This document shows, piece after piece, positions 1-12,609 of a stretch of DNA of 64,000 nucleotides. The stretch is taken from contig NC_045697.1 of the NCBI RefSeq assembly GCF_009834535.1, positions 24,678,001 through 24,742,000 on the forward strand, in the 5' to 3' direction. A model generated the notes under the pieces. That model was not told where the DNA came from. It did no database searches and was given only the letters and a program-made list of their open reading frames with translations. Numbering within the stretch: the first letter of the stretch is position 1; each line of letters begins with the position of its first letter. The translations under genes were made by a program, and so were the position numbers. Source of the stretch: Camelus ferus. Its lineage: Eukaryota.

Positions 1-2403
1 AGAGCGTCCTTCTACTCCGCCATCTTCTCTGTCTTCAAAATTTCCTTTTTATTATGCACAATTCTATACTGGTTAATCTGATTTTTACTATGCTCTCCCA
101 TTGCTTTTACAATTGAATTTTTCATGTAGGTTTACTTAAAATACACACACACAAACACTAAATCTACTGGTACAACATGAATGCCAGTGACAGTAGTACT
201 GAAGCTAATTATGAGAATGACCTTCCTGAGAACAGAACAATATTTCTTCCCTGATCTGCTCCAGCATTCAGAATTCCAGTACTGCGCCTCAGACTAGATC
301 TTTAAAAAATATTTGTTGATTGCATTATTGAGATTTGAGTTCCACATATTAAGTAACACCACAAAAAGTTTCTTCTCATATTTATACTTTGTTCTTAGTT
401 TCATTTTCATCAAAACACACACACACAACACAGTCACAATGAACAGTTATTCTGTTCTCTAGATAAAAAAGCAGTAGCTTGTAGAAGAGTCCCAAGAGAT
501 AAAATGCAATGACTACCAATACAGCAAAACTCCCAGGGGAACTTTTGACTCAATTTTCCAACAGTGGCAGAGAAAAAAGAAACAGAGTTCTGTCAAGTTC
601 CAGAAAAGAACCATCCCATCCGGTCCCTGGAGAAATGCTGGGAGAATGGGCATTACTTTTGTCGCTTTTGAAGCCTTCGTCTCTCGATCCACTACTGCTG
701 GCACTGCCCATTTAACTGCACCGTGACCTGCTTTGAAGGAAGAAATTCAGGGAAGACGAATGCCAGCTTGAAGTCCCCAAACACAGTATTCATATGGACC
801 CGATCAAAAAGAAAAGAAATCATTTCAGGTCTGAGGGACTGCTGCTGAGCGAGTGAGACTAGAAGAGTCTGAAAGGACAGCAGATTGAAATAGCAGAAGT
901 GATACTTTTATTCTGACATCTTTGCAGAGGGATTCATTTTGGGACTGCTCAAAATGTTTTGCACCTTATAATCCTTAAAGTATTTTACAATCAGATTTTA
1001 CTCTTTTTTGAGGGCCCCAGATTCTTGCACAAGGCTTCTATTTTCTTTCTGGGTTCGCGTCACCATTTTGATAAAGTAAAATAATGTATTTATTTTCTGT
1101 CAAGTCATCAGAGAAATTACAGAAATTTGCTGAACTGTATTAAAACTATCTAAGAATTTTCTAATAAATTAAATACTGAGTAATACACTATCATTTTTTC
1201 TGTTTTGTTAATAAGAACTATTAATCATCTAATATTTAACAGAATTAATTCCTCTGAGTAAATAAAGAACCTATTGACAAAATCTTCTAAAATATAGTAT
1301 GTTTTGTATGGAAAGTTTAAAAAAATGCAAATGCTTGAAATTAAATGCCAGGCATTATTTACCTGATGCAATATATCTTATCACATCTAAGTATTTTAAA
1401 TAATTCTACTGGGTATTCACTGTTTTGAAAGAACATGAACTATTTCAATATTAATCAGTAAATAACTTATTAGAAAAAATATATTCTATTATTTTCTATG
1501 ATTCAAGATGATTTTATGTAAAAATCAAGAGTAAATTAAGTACTTAAAATTTTTATTTGTATATATTTATGTTTTATTTTATTAATTTACCAAAGTCTCT
1601 CCCCAATAAATTTTTTTCATTGAAAGAAATGTTAATACTGCAGTTGTTTCACTTGTCAGTGTGATATATTTTCGAGTTATTTTTTTGTGCCCTTTCCACT
1701 TCATCTCCTTGATTAGCACATGATCATTCTTCTCTGTTAGTAATAAAGCATATGAATTTGAGTAAGTTAAGGGCAATGTGAATAATCAGGGCTACAGCAT
1801 TTTTCTAATGATACCGATTTTCTCACATCTTGAATTATAACCCTACTTCTGAACATTCAAATTCCAAATCACATACTTACATTCAATTGATACTAAAGGA
1901 TGAAATAATTTTGAATAGGTTTCTCAGCAGTTTACAATCTTTAAAATCAAGATATTTTCTAGAATTATTAGTATTTTAAAAATTAATAATTAATTTTAGA
2001 AATCAATCAAAAGATAATTTTCAATTAGTATTTGTACACAAAATTTTGTCACTATTTTCCATGAATTTATTCTAAAATTGAGAAAACTAGAGGCTTATCA
2101 GAATATCTGACATGTGGTTTAGGCAGCCTAAATCTTTGTATTTCTTCATTTGCAGTTTTTAAAAACCTAAATTAACCCAAACTTTAAAATATTAAAATTC
2201 AGTAGAAAATGTAATGATAATGTAGATTTCACACATTTTCTCTAAAAAATATATTGTTATTCCTGAAATGTACCACTTAACAGGCAAAAGCTAGATGAGG
2301 TTGAATGTGTATTTGTGAGAATGAAACAACAAATGATTTACTTGTGATGAAAATGTGATTACTATTTTGAAATTTCATTGCCATTCAGCAGATACGTTTG
2401 GGC

Positions 2404-2411
2404 TGACGTCA
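2404..2411. promoter_or_regulatory. Full palindromic CRE motif TGACGTCA
   Basis: Exact motif with intact CpG in apparently unique sequence. Function not shown. Confidence 0.3.
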
Positions 2412-2786
2412 TGTTGCCTCAGGTAAATAAAGATCTGTGCCTTAGAAGTCGTGCCTCCTTGCTCTGATGGCTTCTTAACATTTCTCATTTTACAATCTGA
2501 CCCTTTTATCATTAATGCTGGTATCCCAGACCAGGGGTCTCATGGGTACCGTGAAACTTGGAAACATCTCACACTCATCTTTATAATAATCTTCTCTCAC
2601 AGTGAAAGCATATGGACTGCATGTACTCAATAAAACAATTTAAATCGATACTCATTAAAACGAATTAATGTGATTGGTAAGTCCCTGGGTAAGAGATTGC
2701 TTCCAAAAAAAAAAGTGTATAACAAAAAGAAAAAGAACTAGCTTATGTTTACTGTCGAGATCGTAACGTAGCATTGTTCCTGCTTT

Positions 2787-3363
2787 TGTTACCCCAAAAG
2801 GTAAATGCGTCGGTTCTTGTCATACCCAAAAGATAAGTCTGCAGTTGGGAGACAGTGCATTGGGAAGCGAAGGATTTCAAAGATTTATTTAAAAGGAAAG
2901 GAAAAGTACACCCCCAAGAATGGGAGTCAGGCTGATCCAAGAGAGGAGAAAGCGGTGGGTTTTGTCTCCCTTTCCCTTATACCCTCCCTTAGAGGTGGTC
3001 TCTTGATTGATTGATGGCTCTTGTCCCTGGAGTGCTTAGTCATGCTTGGCCCCTTTGAGCATGTCCTCACCCACGGTGTACACAGAAAAAACCATGGTGG
3101 AGGGGTGCTAACCACAATGTTAATTATAATACAATGAACATTGGTTATGTCAGGTTAAGTCCTTTCTGCTACCGCGCAGTCATGGCTATCGGGTTTTAAC
3201 CAGTTGTTGTTTTTGTTGTGTTTTTGTTTTTGGTTTTTTTGCTGGCACTCACTTAGAAGAAGTAAAGTCCCTTTATGCTAGAGGTAGGCATAACGCCATC
3301 TTCCAGACCATCCTCCTTCTCCACCTACTTGCCCGGTGCCCCTACTTATCTAACTACCTAACA
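2787..3363 (-). mobile_element. Solo LTR, ERV1 class (MER4-group-like), 577 bp
   Basis: TGTTA...TAACA termini. Exact 4-bp TSD CTTT at 2783-2786 and 3364-3367. Minus-strand AATAAA near 2884-2889 and a TATA-like element near 2976. A 4-bp TSD is typical of ERV1. Confidence 0.88.
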
Positions 3364-3799
3364 CTTTCTTGCCCCAAATCTATCCTCAGATAGGTAAAAA
3401 AACCAAAAAACAAAAACTCTGAGAAATCTTTGGGGACGCTGAGAGTAGACATTAACTCTTGTAGATGTACCTGAGTTAGAAGGTGGCAACGGTAATGTAT
3501 TGAAGGAAATATCAATTTTGTTCATGTTTTCCTAATTACCACGTGAGCATCACTACTGACACTTTGACAGAGAAGTCAGAAGGAACCAGACCATAGATTT
3601 CAGTGGGATCCAGGATCCTGAAAGAGCTCACATAGAAAGAGAAATTGATGAACATTCTTGAGACTGGCAACTTGGCAATGACTAATGAAAACTTGTCTAA
3701 CTCCATCCACTTTGCCAAACTCCTATGGTAGATTACCAGCTAGAAAGAATGCCACCTTTCAGCACTAACTTTTAATTTAAGAGTTTACAGTTCATACAT

Positions 3800-4290
3800 C
3801 CTTCTGACTATGACAGAGTAACAAAGACCAAACTTACCCCTCACCCTTTCTCCTTAAACAATCAAAAATAAATAAACTGGAGACAATATATGAATATACA
3901 AACAAGCGGTTTTCAGACATTTCAGAACAGGGAAGTGATCCCTGAAAGAAAAGAAACAAACAAGGTGAGCCCTACAGTTGTCTCAGCTGATGCCCTGGGG
4001 AGAGTTTCTAGGCAGCAAGTGAAACTAAACAGAGCCAGAAGCCTCCCTAAGTTGAGGAGACAAAGCTCAAGAAGGCAGCGTCAGCTACATTCAACTCATG
4101 GGGCAGAGTCCCGAGAGAACAGTGCTGCAGAGAGAAAGGGCTCTGGGGACTTTAGCTGAGTGGTTATTTTATTGAATTTTATTAACAACTATCAAAGCCA
4201 GGAAAGAACCAACAGAAGGGAGCAATGGAACAATGGCTAGAGTTCACCCAAGGTGTGGGATAGATTGTGGTTCCACCAGCCAGAGTGGAA
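3800..4290 (+). mobile_element. Old L1M 5'-region fragment
   Basis: Resembles recalled L1M 5' sequence (gtgatccctgaaagaaaagaaacaaacaaggtgagccctac). Boundaries approximate. Confidence 0.6.
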
Positions 4291-4780
4291 AGATACTCAT
4301 AAAAAATGAAAATATATGCCCAAATAAAGACTTGTACTCAAATGGTTAGAGCAGCTTTTTTTCCCCTCTAATAGCCCCAAACAGGAAATAACCCAATGTC
4401 CACCAATGGGTGCATAGATTAAAAAATTACAATGTATCCTATCCATAAACTGGCATACTGCTTAGCCATAAATAATGAACAAAATATTGATACACAGTCA
4501 TTATCCTAAATGAAAGAAGCCAGACAAGAAAAGAGTACACACTATGTGATTTTATTAATATGAACTTCCAATAAATGCAAACTAATCTGCAGTGACACAA
4601 AACAATCATTTGTTGTCTGAAGCATGGGTTTTAAAAAAGAGAATTATAAAAAGTCATTAGGACATTTGGGGGTGATGAATTATTCATTATCCTAACTTTA
4701 TTGATGTGTTTATTCTGTATATTTACATTAATATTCATTAATGTTAATATTGATTTTAAATATATGCAGTTTATCTTACA
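4290..4780 (+). mobile_element. Old L1M (L1ME/MD-like) ORF2 end and 3' UTR fragment
   Basis: Motifs aatagccccaaacaggaaataacccaatgtcc and aaatgaaagaagccagaca are typical of L1M 3' ends. Confidence 0.75.
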
Positions 4781-7700
4781 TTATTTGTTTTTTTTACAGT
4801 TTTATTAACTTATACCTTAAAATCTATAACATATAATAGATTCAATGGAGAAGGGCTTTATTTTATGTTATATCTACTTATAAATGTCTGATAGAAAGGT
4901 TAAGATTAATTTGTTAGTAGAGTAGTTACTACCACGCTGGTAATATTTATTTATCAATATAATAAATAGAAATTCACAGATGTTTTACAATTTATCTTCC
5001 TTTTATGAGGGTCTAGAATCAATCAGTTTGTCAGGCAACATCACCCACAAAATAGAAAATATGACATGTAACCTGCTAGTAATGAGATTTCACAAGCACA
5101 TTTAATTCACAAACATGACCTCCAGAAAAAAAGAGAATAGTTGCTTTCTAATGGATTTATACGAAATTATTTTTTTCTAAATATCTTTCTGTCACATATT
5201 CGTCATTAATAACATCCTTTATAAAATAAAAAGTAGAATCCCTGATTTGTTTTCCACTTACAGAATGTACTGGAAAGTTCTCTGTCAATATTGTTCTAAC
5301 TTTGCAAAGATAGTGTTTTTTAATCTAAATGATTTTTCTGCTTCTAGCAGCATATGCAATTCCAAGATAAACAACTACTATGCTGACTAATATTTTGCTT
5401 CTAACAGAAAGGTAGCAACTTGATAAATCATAAGTAAATGAGTGCAAACTATGATTTTATTTGAATTTAATTTCTCTTCACAGAATTTTTTAAGGAAGCC
5501 ATCATATTTTACTCATACTGTTGTTAGTATCATGAATTATAATGATACTGCCTCTGCTCTGGCAAAGCTTCTAGAAAGGGCTTCGTAAACAATTATGTAA
5601 GTTGCATAAAGGGATATGTATGATGGACTGATCTATTCATATTTTTAAGAGGATTCAGCCAAAGTAAGTAAAAAGTAAAAGAAAACTGACAGAAATTTGG
5701 GACATTATTAAATTGGATAATTTGGTGTTTATCAGAAGAAGCAGAATCTTTACTCTTATTTCCCTTTTCAAACAAGAACTGCTTCCAAATCAGCAGAGTT
5801 AAAATATCAATTAGTCTTTACTATAAAGCAGCGTCAAAGAGGACACAAACAATGGAATGCAGTGTTGCCAGTTTATGAGAACATACGTTGTTTTCTTTAC
5901 TGTGGGGTGAATTTATTAAACATAAAACTCGTATTTTTAGCTGCATGGCAACTTCATTTACAATATTTGATTCCATGTCATTTAGATGCCAACATTTTTT
6001 TCCTAATTCACATTTTAACCTCTACAATGGATTTAGGTCAATAAGCCATCTCTTAAACAAAGCCAGAACCAAACAAACTTGTTTGGGAGTATCCACAAAT
6101 CCATTCTACGTGTTGTCTCGCCCACAGATTTCATCAGTTATCCCCCCCCCCCGCCGCATAAATGCAGCACGATTCTGTATTCTACAGCTCCATCTTGTGT
6201 CATGCTGTTATTGAAAATGATTTCCTTTTTCCTCTGAGCTGGGTAATTATATTTCTGCTCTTTGAGGACACTGAATGATGACAAGGTGGGCTAAATGTAA
6301 GTGCTTGGACAAATATTCTGAACAAATGTTAATAATGGCCAGATGGGAGCTGCAACTAATGTGAGACGCACGTGGGGCTCTTTCAATCAAGCTCACTGGT
6401 AAACGGCTTCTCAGGGCATCACCTTTCCTGTCTCCTTTCCTCCCAGTTCCTGTGTGACAAGTGCCATCAGCGGTGCGTTACACAGGCCAGCTGCTTTGGT
6501 CTGCAGACAATACTCATTCTTTCTCTTTGTATTCCTTCTTTGAAAACAAAATGGGTCTTGACAGTGGATTTTTCTTAAGAGCATGTCCATTTTTCAATAT
6601 GTCCAATTTTTTGTATATGACATGCTGGTTAGTTTGAGAAAATGGTATTGTTCAGACTTTTTTTTTTTTTGGCTAGTGTGTTTACCAAGTTAAACTTAAA
6701 ATGTACAAGTCTGTACAGTTTAAGAAACATTTCCTGAAAGTCCTTGAGACAGGGCCACTACTGAGAAAAGCTGAAAGCACAGATTTTCGTCAGTGGAGCA
6801 TGAAGATGACTAAGAAAATGACCTCAATTTGGCATTTTAAGTGATCCAACTGCAACAGCAGTAGAAACCGCTATAGGCAAATTGTATGCTCTTTCCTTAA
6901 TATTTCGACTTTCTTTTAATTGCATATAATTGCACTTGGGTTCCCGAAAAAATCATTCACTGACAATTATACATCCAAAGAATGAGCTGGGTTTTTTAAT
7001 AAGAATAATGTAACTATATTTTTAGCAGTTAAAATACGAACAACACTGTTACCAAAACTTGAATAAGGTTTGTACAATTTAAAGCACATTGTGAATACTC
7101 AAATTTTTAAATATAAAGATATCATTACTTCACATAGCTAATATCAACTGGTAGGAAAAAAAAAAGTCATTCCAATAAAATTTAATTGCATTTGTCAAAC
7201 AGGCAGTGCTATTATTTAAATGTGCTTTTATGTCTTAAATGGGAAGATATCTATAGTTTTGTTTAATTCCTGAGAGGATAATGGATTAACCCAGATAAAA
7301 AAATATTGCTCATTGTTGTAATTTTTGTAGTTCGAAGTTTGAGAGGTATTAAAAGTTAACTCGATATATAAATATTTCATTTATTCATCTATCCCCTTTT
7401 CATTTTCACTAACAAATTAAAAAACATCGTGCTATTCATGGGGATCGTGGTGTAGGTATGTGGATGTGTGCCTGCATGCATCTTTTGAAGAAACAATCAA
7501 TTCTTTGTTTTCAATATAATCATTATCTTAACCAACTGCAATTCATTGTGAATGACTAACTTTGGCACAAACTATTGAATTAATTATCCAAAAGTTCTCC
7601 AAATTGTCAATGTTTCATGATATCAATCCCATTGCTTGGAAATTACTTCTGATAAATATGGCTTAGACCATAATTAACTTTATTTACATAAGAATTACGT

Positions 7701-8949
7701 TGTTTAAAATACTAATGAAAATTTTAAAACGCATTGTATGCCACATTCTATATAACGGGTGATTAATAGTAGATTAATTCTTGTTTAAAACTTGTCTCTC
7801 ATCCATGTGCAAAAGCAATAGAAGCAACTCACACTAAATTGCAGTGCTAGATAATCACACTAAATAGTAAAACGGAACAGATATTATTTCTTGAAAGAAT
7901 GATTTAATAATCCAAGTTTACCAACAAATAAATGCAGTTTAACTTCGTGAGAAAAAAAAGAGGTTTAATCTGCTTCTTCAGGAATATACGTGTTCGAGTA
8001 TATGTATATTTCTGATTTTTAGCTTAAATTCCGTGCTCTTATAGGAACTCCACAATAATAACCATAAAAAAAAACCTTTATGTAACATTTTGGAGTGTGA
8101 AGAAAATGGCATTAAACTAGTAAAAACTTTGATGTCTGGGCTAGGCAGCAATACAGATGAAAGAACAAGAATTATGAGGGAGAAAGTAGAGTGGAGTCTG
8201 TTCTCTACCATATGGAAAGAGCTCATGAAAGCAGTGCCCCACTCTATGTAAGTCAACTCCCCCAAAATAACCCCATCCTTTCCCACCTCTAGACAGACTC
8301 TTACTAACATTTTTTAGTAATGTTGATAATGCTTATTGACTTTGGTCTTCATCTTCAGATGTCACAGAGGAAATAACACAACCCTAAGAAGCTTGAAGAA
8401 CAAACCATCGTGTTGTGACATTTTTACACTCAAACCATTCTTGGTTCTGAATCTAAGAAAGAGAAAGCTAATTAACTAAAATAATACCCAGAATCTCACG
8501 TGCAACCACTGGAATGCACACATGTAGGACAAAATGATTCTTGGTAAAATCAAGAATCCTTGGCTTTCCTTAGGACTGCTATTGGTAAGCTCTGATGAGA
8601 CTAGGACTCACCCTAACCTTACTGTATTAGGCACAGGAGGAAAATGAACCATACTCTGTTTCTTCTTTCTATTCCTCTTTTATTCTGAAATACTTCAGGT
8701 TTCTCCTCTTGAACCTACCATTTAAATTTTATCAATTTCGTTGAGATGTAATTTTAAAAAGACAGTACAGTCTCTAACATACTCAACAGATCCAAGGTAA
8801 CACCACAGTGCCCGTAAATCAAGACACCCAACACTTGTCACAATTCCCTCTCAGTGCAATTATTTTTAATTATTATTTTTCAAGTAACAATTCTTAGTGC
8901 CTGCTGTGTGTTAGAAATATTGTAAGAAACTTTCAAATAAACGAGTATG

Positions 8950-9093
8950 TAATACACATTCTGTGTTTGGGGACACACACTCTAGAGGGAAAGACACATA
9001 TATTTGGTGATTTTTAAAAATAATACACATTCTGTGTTTGGGGACACACACTCTAGACGGGGAAAGACACATATATTTGGTGATTTTTAAAAA
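8950..9093. repeat. Tandem duplication, 2 copies of 71/73 bp
   Basis: 8950-9020 and 9021-9093 are identical except for a 2-bp insertion in copy 2. Confidence 0.97.
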
Positions 9094-9461
9094 TGTACTT
9101 TGTTTAAACAATATAGTAGCCTCAGAAAGTAAGTTAAGGTCTGGGTGAAAAAACTCAGATATTATGTGAGGTTTGTTATTTTCTGTGCTTTAAAGGATTT
9201 AGAAAAAATTCATCTTTTAATTAGCATACATAAATGAATAACTGAGTAGAACATTTTCAAATCCAAATAGACTGAGGCACAGATTTGTTTATTAGTATTG
9301 AAACTAAGCAATTTTTTTCTCCCGTAACTTGAAGTTTGGTTGATATTACAAAAGTATCCATACTGACTCCTCTCTCTATCAATTCAGATATATAAGCAAT
9401 ACCCTAGAATTTTAAGGTGGCTATTTAATGTAATAGCACTGATAATCAATAACACATAAAT

Positions 9462-9487
9462 ACACACACACACACACACACACACAC
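9462..9487. repeat. (AC)n microsatellite
   Basis: Seen directly. Confidence 0.97.
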
Positions 9488-10531
9488 TCCACTATTAGCC
9501 TTGAGATTTGACAATTATTTGAGGGTTTGGAAATTTATTTCAAGTTGCTTATCATTAAAAATAATAATAATAAAGGTTACATTTGGTGGCAAAGAATCAC
9601 TTTCTAGTGATAATTTTATTTATATAGTCAGAGCATTTTAAACTAAATTCTTAGTTTTAAAAAAGATGGCTTGTGTATTAATTTACAGGCTGTAGGACTT
9701 AATTACCCTTTTCAGTTTTCACTAAAAAATGTCTTTATGTGGGTTGTAAAAAGTTCTTAGCTAAACAACTGCTGAATCTTTTTCCTCTTTAAATAAAGTC
9801 AGCCTTTTAGCTTTTTCTTAGACAAAACATAGATTTTCTTCGGAGGTTAAATAAAATTCTTATTCCATTTGGACATTTTAGGTTCCTACTGCTTTTTTAA
9901 AAAGGTAATAATGGAATAGTAAGCTGCAGTTGATTTTTGTTTTATCGTATCAGCCATATCTGTTTGGGTTTCTTCATAAATGACTTAAAATACTTCAGCT
10001 ACATATTCTGACAAAAGCTCATTTCTTTTACAATACATATTTAACTATTCTTAAAGTATGACCTTTGTTGGTTTCCAATACACAGATATGAAACTTCTGA
10101 TGTGATGATAATTTACACAGTATAAATTTTATTCTCTCAGACTAGAGTAACTGAATTTTAAATATATGGAGAACATAAAGGGACACAGATTGTGCAATAC
10201 ATTTTGGAAATTTTACCCTGCTTCTGAAATTTCTACTTATCAAATTAAATATAATTTCAAGATAACATTTTTAAAATATTTACTAAAAACAATAATTCAC
10301 AACAGAAGGTTAGCATACTATTTGATTTGAAATATGAAATTTTGAGCAAATAGTTATTTTTTAGAATTTAGTAATTTTATTTTCTTTTCCACTGGAGAAT
10401 TTTATATGACTGTCAAGGAAGTTAATTCCATTTCCCTTGCTCATTCTTACAGGACTTAAAACATAATAGGAATTCAGTAAGTGTTTCTTGATTGAATGAA
10501 AAAAAAAGAATATATTTGTAATATGTAGTTA

Positions 10532-11215
10532 CTTTTTATTTTAAAATTAATAGGCTTTATTTTTGAGAATTTTTAGGTTTATAGAAGAATTGAGTAGAAA
10601 GTAGAGAAAGTTTCCACCTCTTGCCTCCCATCCCTAATTTCCCCTATTATCAATTTTTTGTTTTGAAAAATGTATAGTGACATGTACTTGCAATTATGGT
10701 AATTATGGTATTATGCAGAATAGTTTTACTGCCCTGAAAATCCCCTATATTCCATCTATTCATCTTTCTCTCCCTCCTCCTAACACCTGGCAACCACTGG
10801 TCTTTTTATTTTCTCTGTAGTTTTGCCTTTTCCAGAATGTCATATAGTTTGAATTCTATAGCATATGGCCTTTCTTTCAGATTGACTTCTTTCTCTCAGT
10901 AATGTGCATTTTTTTGTGTGTGTGGCTTGATATCTCCCATCTTTTTATTGTTAAATAACATTCCACTCAATGGATGTACCATAGTTTGTTTATCCGTTCA
11001 TCTACTGAAGGACATCCTCGTTGCTTCCAGTTTCAAGCAATTACAAATAAAGCTGCTATAACTGTTTATGTGTAGGTTTGTGAGGATGTACATTTTCAGC
11101 TCTTTTCGGTAAAAACCAAGAAGCATAACTGCTGGATCACACAGTAAGCGTATGTGCAGTTTTGTAAGAAACTTACAAACTGTCTTTCAAAGTGACTGCA
11201 CCATTTTGCATTTCT
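10532..11215 (-). mobile_element. L1MC/MD-type 3' end
   Basis: Antisense L1M hallmarks: ggcaaccactggtc, ttttgccttttccagaatgtcatatagtt, gatgtaccatagtttgtttatccgttcatc, aaataaagctgctataa. Confidence 0.85.
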
Positions 11216-12236
11216 TTCCAATTCACTTCTGTCTTTTTTATTGTTAGATATTTATATATTGGACACAGCTGTACACAAAACAATCTACATTGTTTATACA
11301 TTTATATTCTTAATCATAATTTTTACTATATGGCTATGTTTGTAAAATATTAGGTCTGGGAGTCTCTATATCTCTTATACAGCTTCTCTATGTAGAAGAA
11401 AACGATCAGTGGCAATGCTGCCTAAATGATAAACTCTAGAAAAGTATTCAGTTGTTCACAAAGGCAGCTCTGATTTCTCAGATGTTCTAATAGTACATTT
11501 GCTTCCATTTTCTTTTTCTGTTAATATTAAGGGAAGCTTTAACAATTCAGTTTCTTGTTTTCAGTTATTTGCAAGTTGACAAATGTTAATGTGCTTTTGA
11601 AACCAATCACATTTCATTCACACTTGGAGGAAAAAGCATTCTTACTTTGAGTGCAGCCCTTTTGTTATAATTGAAACAAAAATGTGGCAAAACTTCTGTT
11701 TATCTAGGAAGTTATAGAGATGTATGTGTATATGTATACGTACGTACACACACGTTTCTAAAGAAAACATAGAGGAAGTCAGAAATTCTGATGTTGCAAT
11801 AGTAGATGTATCTTTTGAAAATTTTGAAGAAAATGCAGCAAATATCCCAAAACTTCTAAATTCAGCTTGTCATAGAAGAAGAGTAAATAACACTTTCTGT
11901 GGTGCCTGTGGAAAAAATGTAGGCATGTACTGATATTGCCAGAGAAAATTTGTCTTAGAATTATAAAATATTCTGACTATTTACAATTTTATGTTACCAT
12001 GTGGCATAAAATTTCACATACAGCTTGCATTAAGGCCTTTATCTGAACTTCCAGTTAGAGATAATGCCACCCTGAGTGATAGGCTGAGGGTGAAGAAAGG
12101 CAAATAAGAGGAAATGTGGAAGATATACAAGAAATAAACTCATAAAAAGAGGCTCCTCAATTATCAGAAAACTTGAATTTTGGATTTCAAGCAAAGAGCA
12201 TGCAATTTGGAATTTCTATTATAAAACATGGCATAT

Positions 12237-12609
12237 TATTTTAATCAGTTCAAGCTGCCAGACAGAAACACCATAGACTGGCTAACTTAAACAAAAGAAA
12301 ATTATTTCTCATAGTTCTAGAGGCTGGAATGTCCAACATCAAGGTTCTGGCAAAGTAGGTTTCGTTCTGGGGCCTCTCCTCTGGGTTTGTAGGCAGTCCC
12401 CATCTCACCGTGAGCTCTTTGTGTGCACCTGGACAAAGAGCTTTCTGATGTTTCTCTTCAGAAGGACAGTACTGTCAGATCAGGGCCCTACCCACGTCAC
12501 CTAATTTAGCTTTAATTATCTCCAAAAGACCCTGTCTCCCAATATGGTTACATTGTGGGTTAGGGCTTCAACCTATGAATCTGAGGGAGACATAATTCAG
12601 TCCATAACA
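12237..12609 (-). mobile_element. MaLR solo LTR, MLT1A-like
   Basis: Matches the antisense MLT1A pattern (tatttctcatagttctagaggctgg...attcagtccataaca). Exact 5-bp TSD CATAT at 12232-12236 and 12610-12614. Confidence 0.9.

Noticed and set aside
478..726. Open plus-strand frame with a faint mitochondrial-carrier-like look (GTFDSIFQQW...GPW...ITFVAFE)
   Set aside because: Spacing and intervening residues do not fit, and there is a stop just upstream with no matching exon structure. Probably coincidence; tBLASTn would settle it.
8345..8600. Coding exon after the acceptor-like tcttcatcttcag
   Set aside because: Stops follow quickly and no recognisable peptide results.
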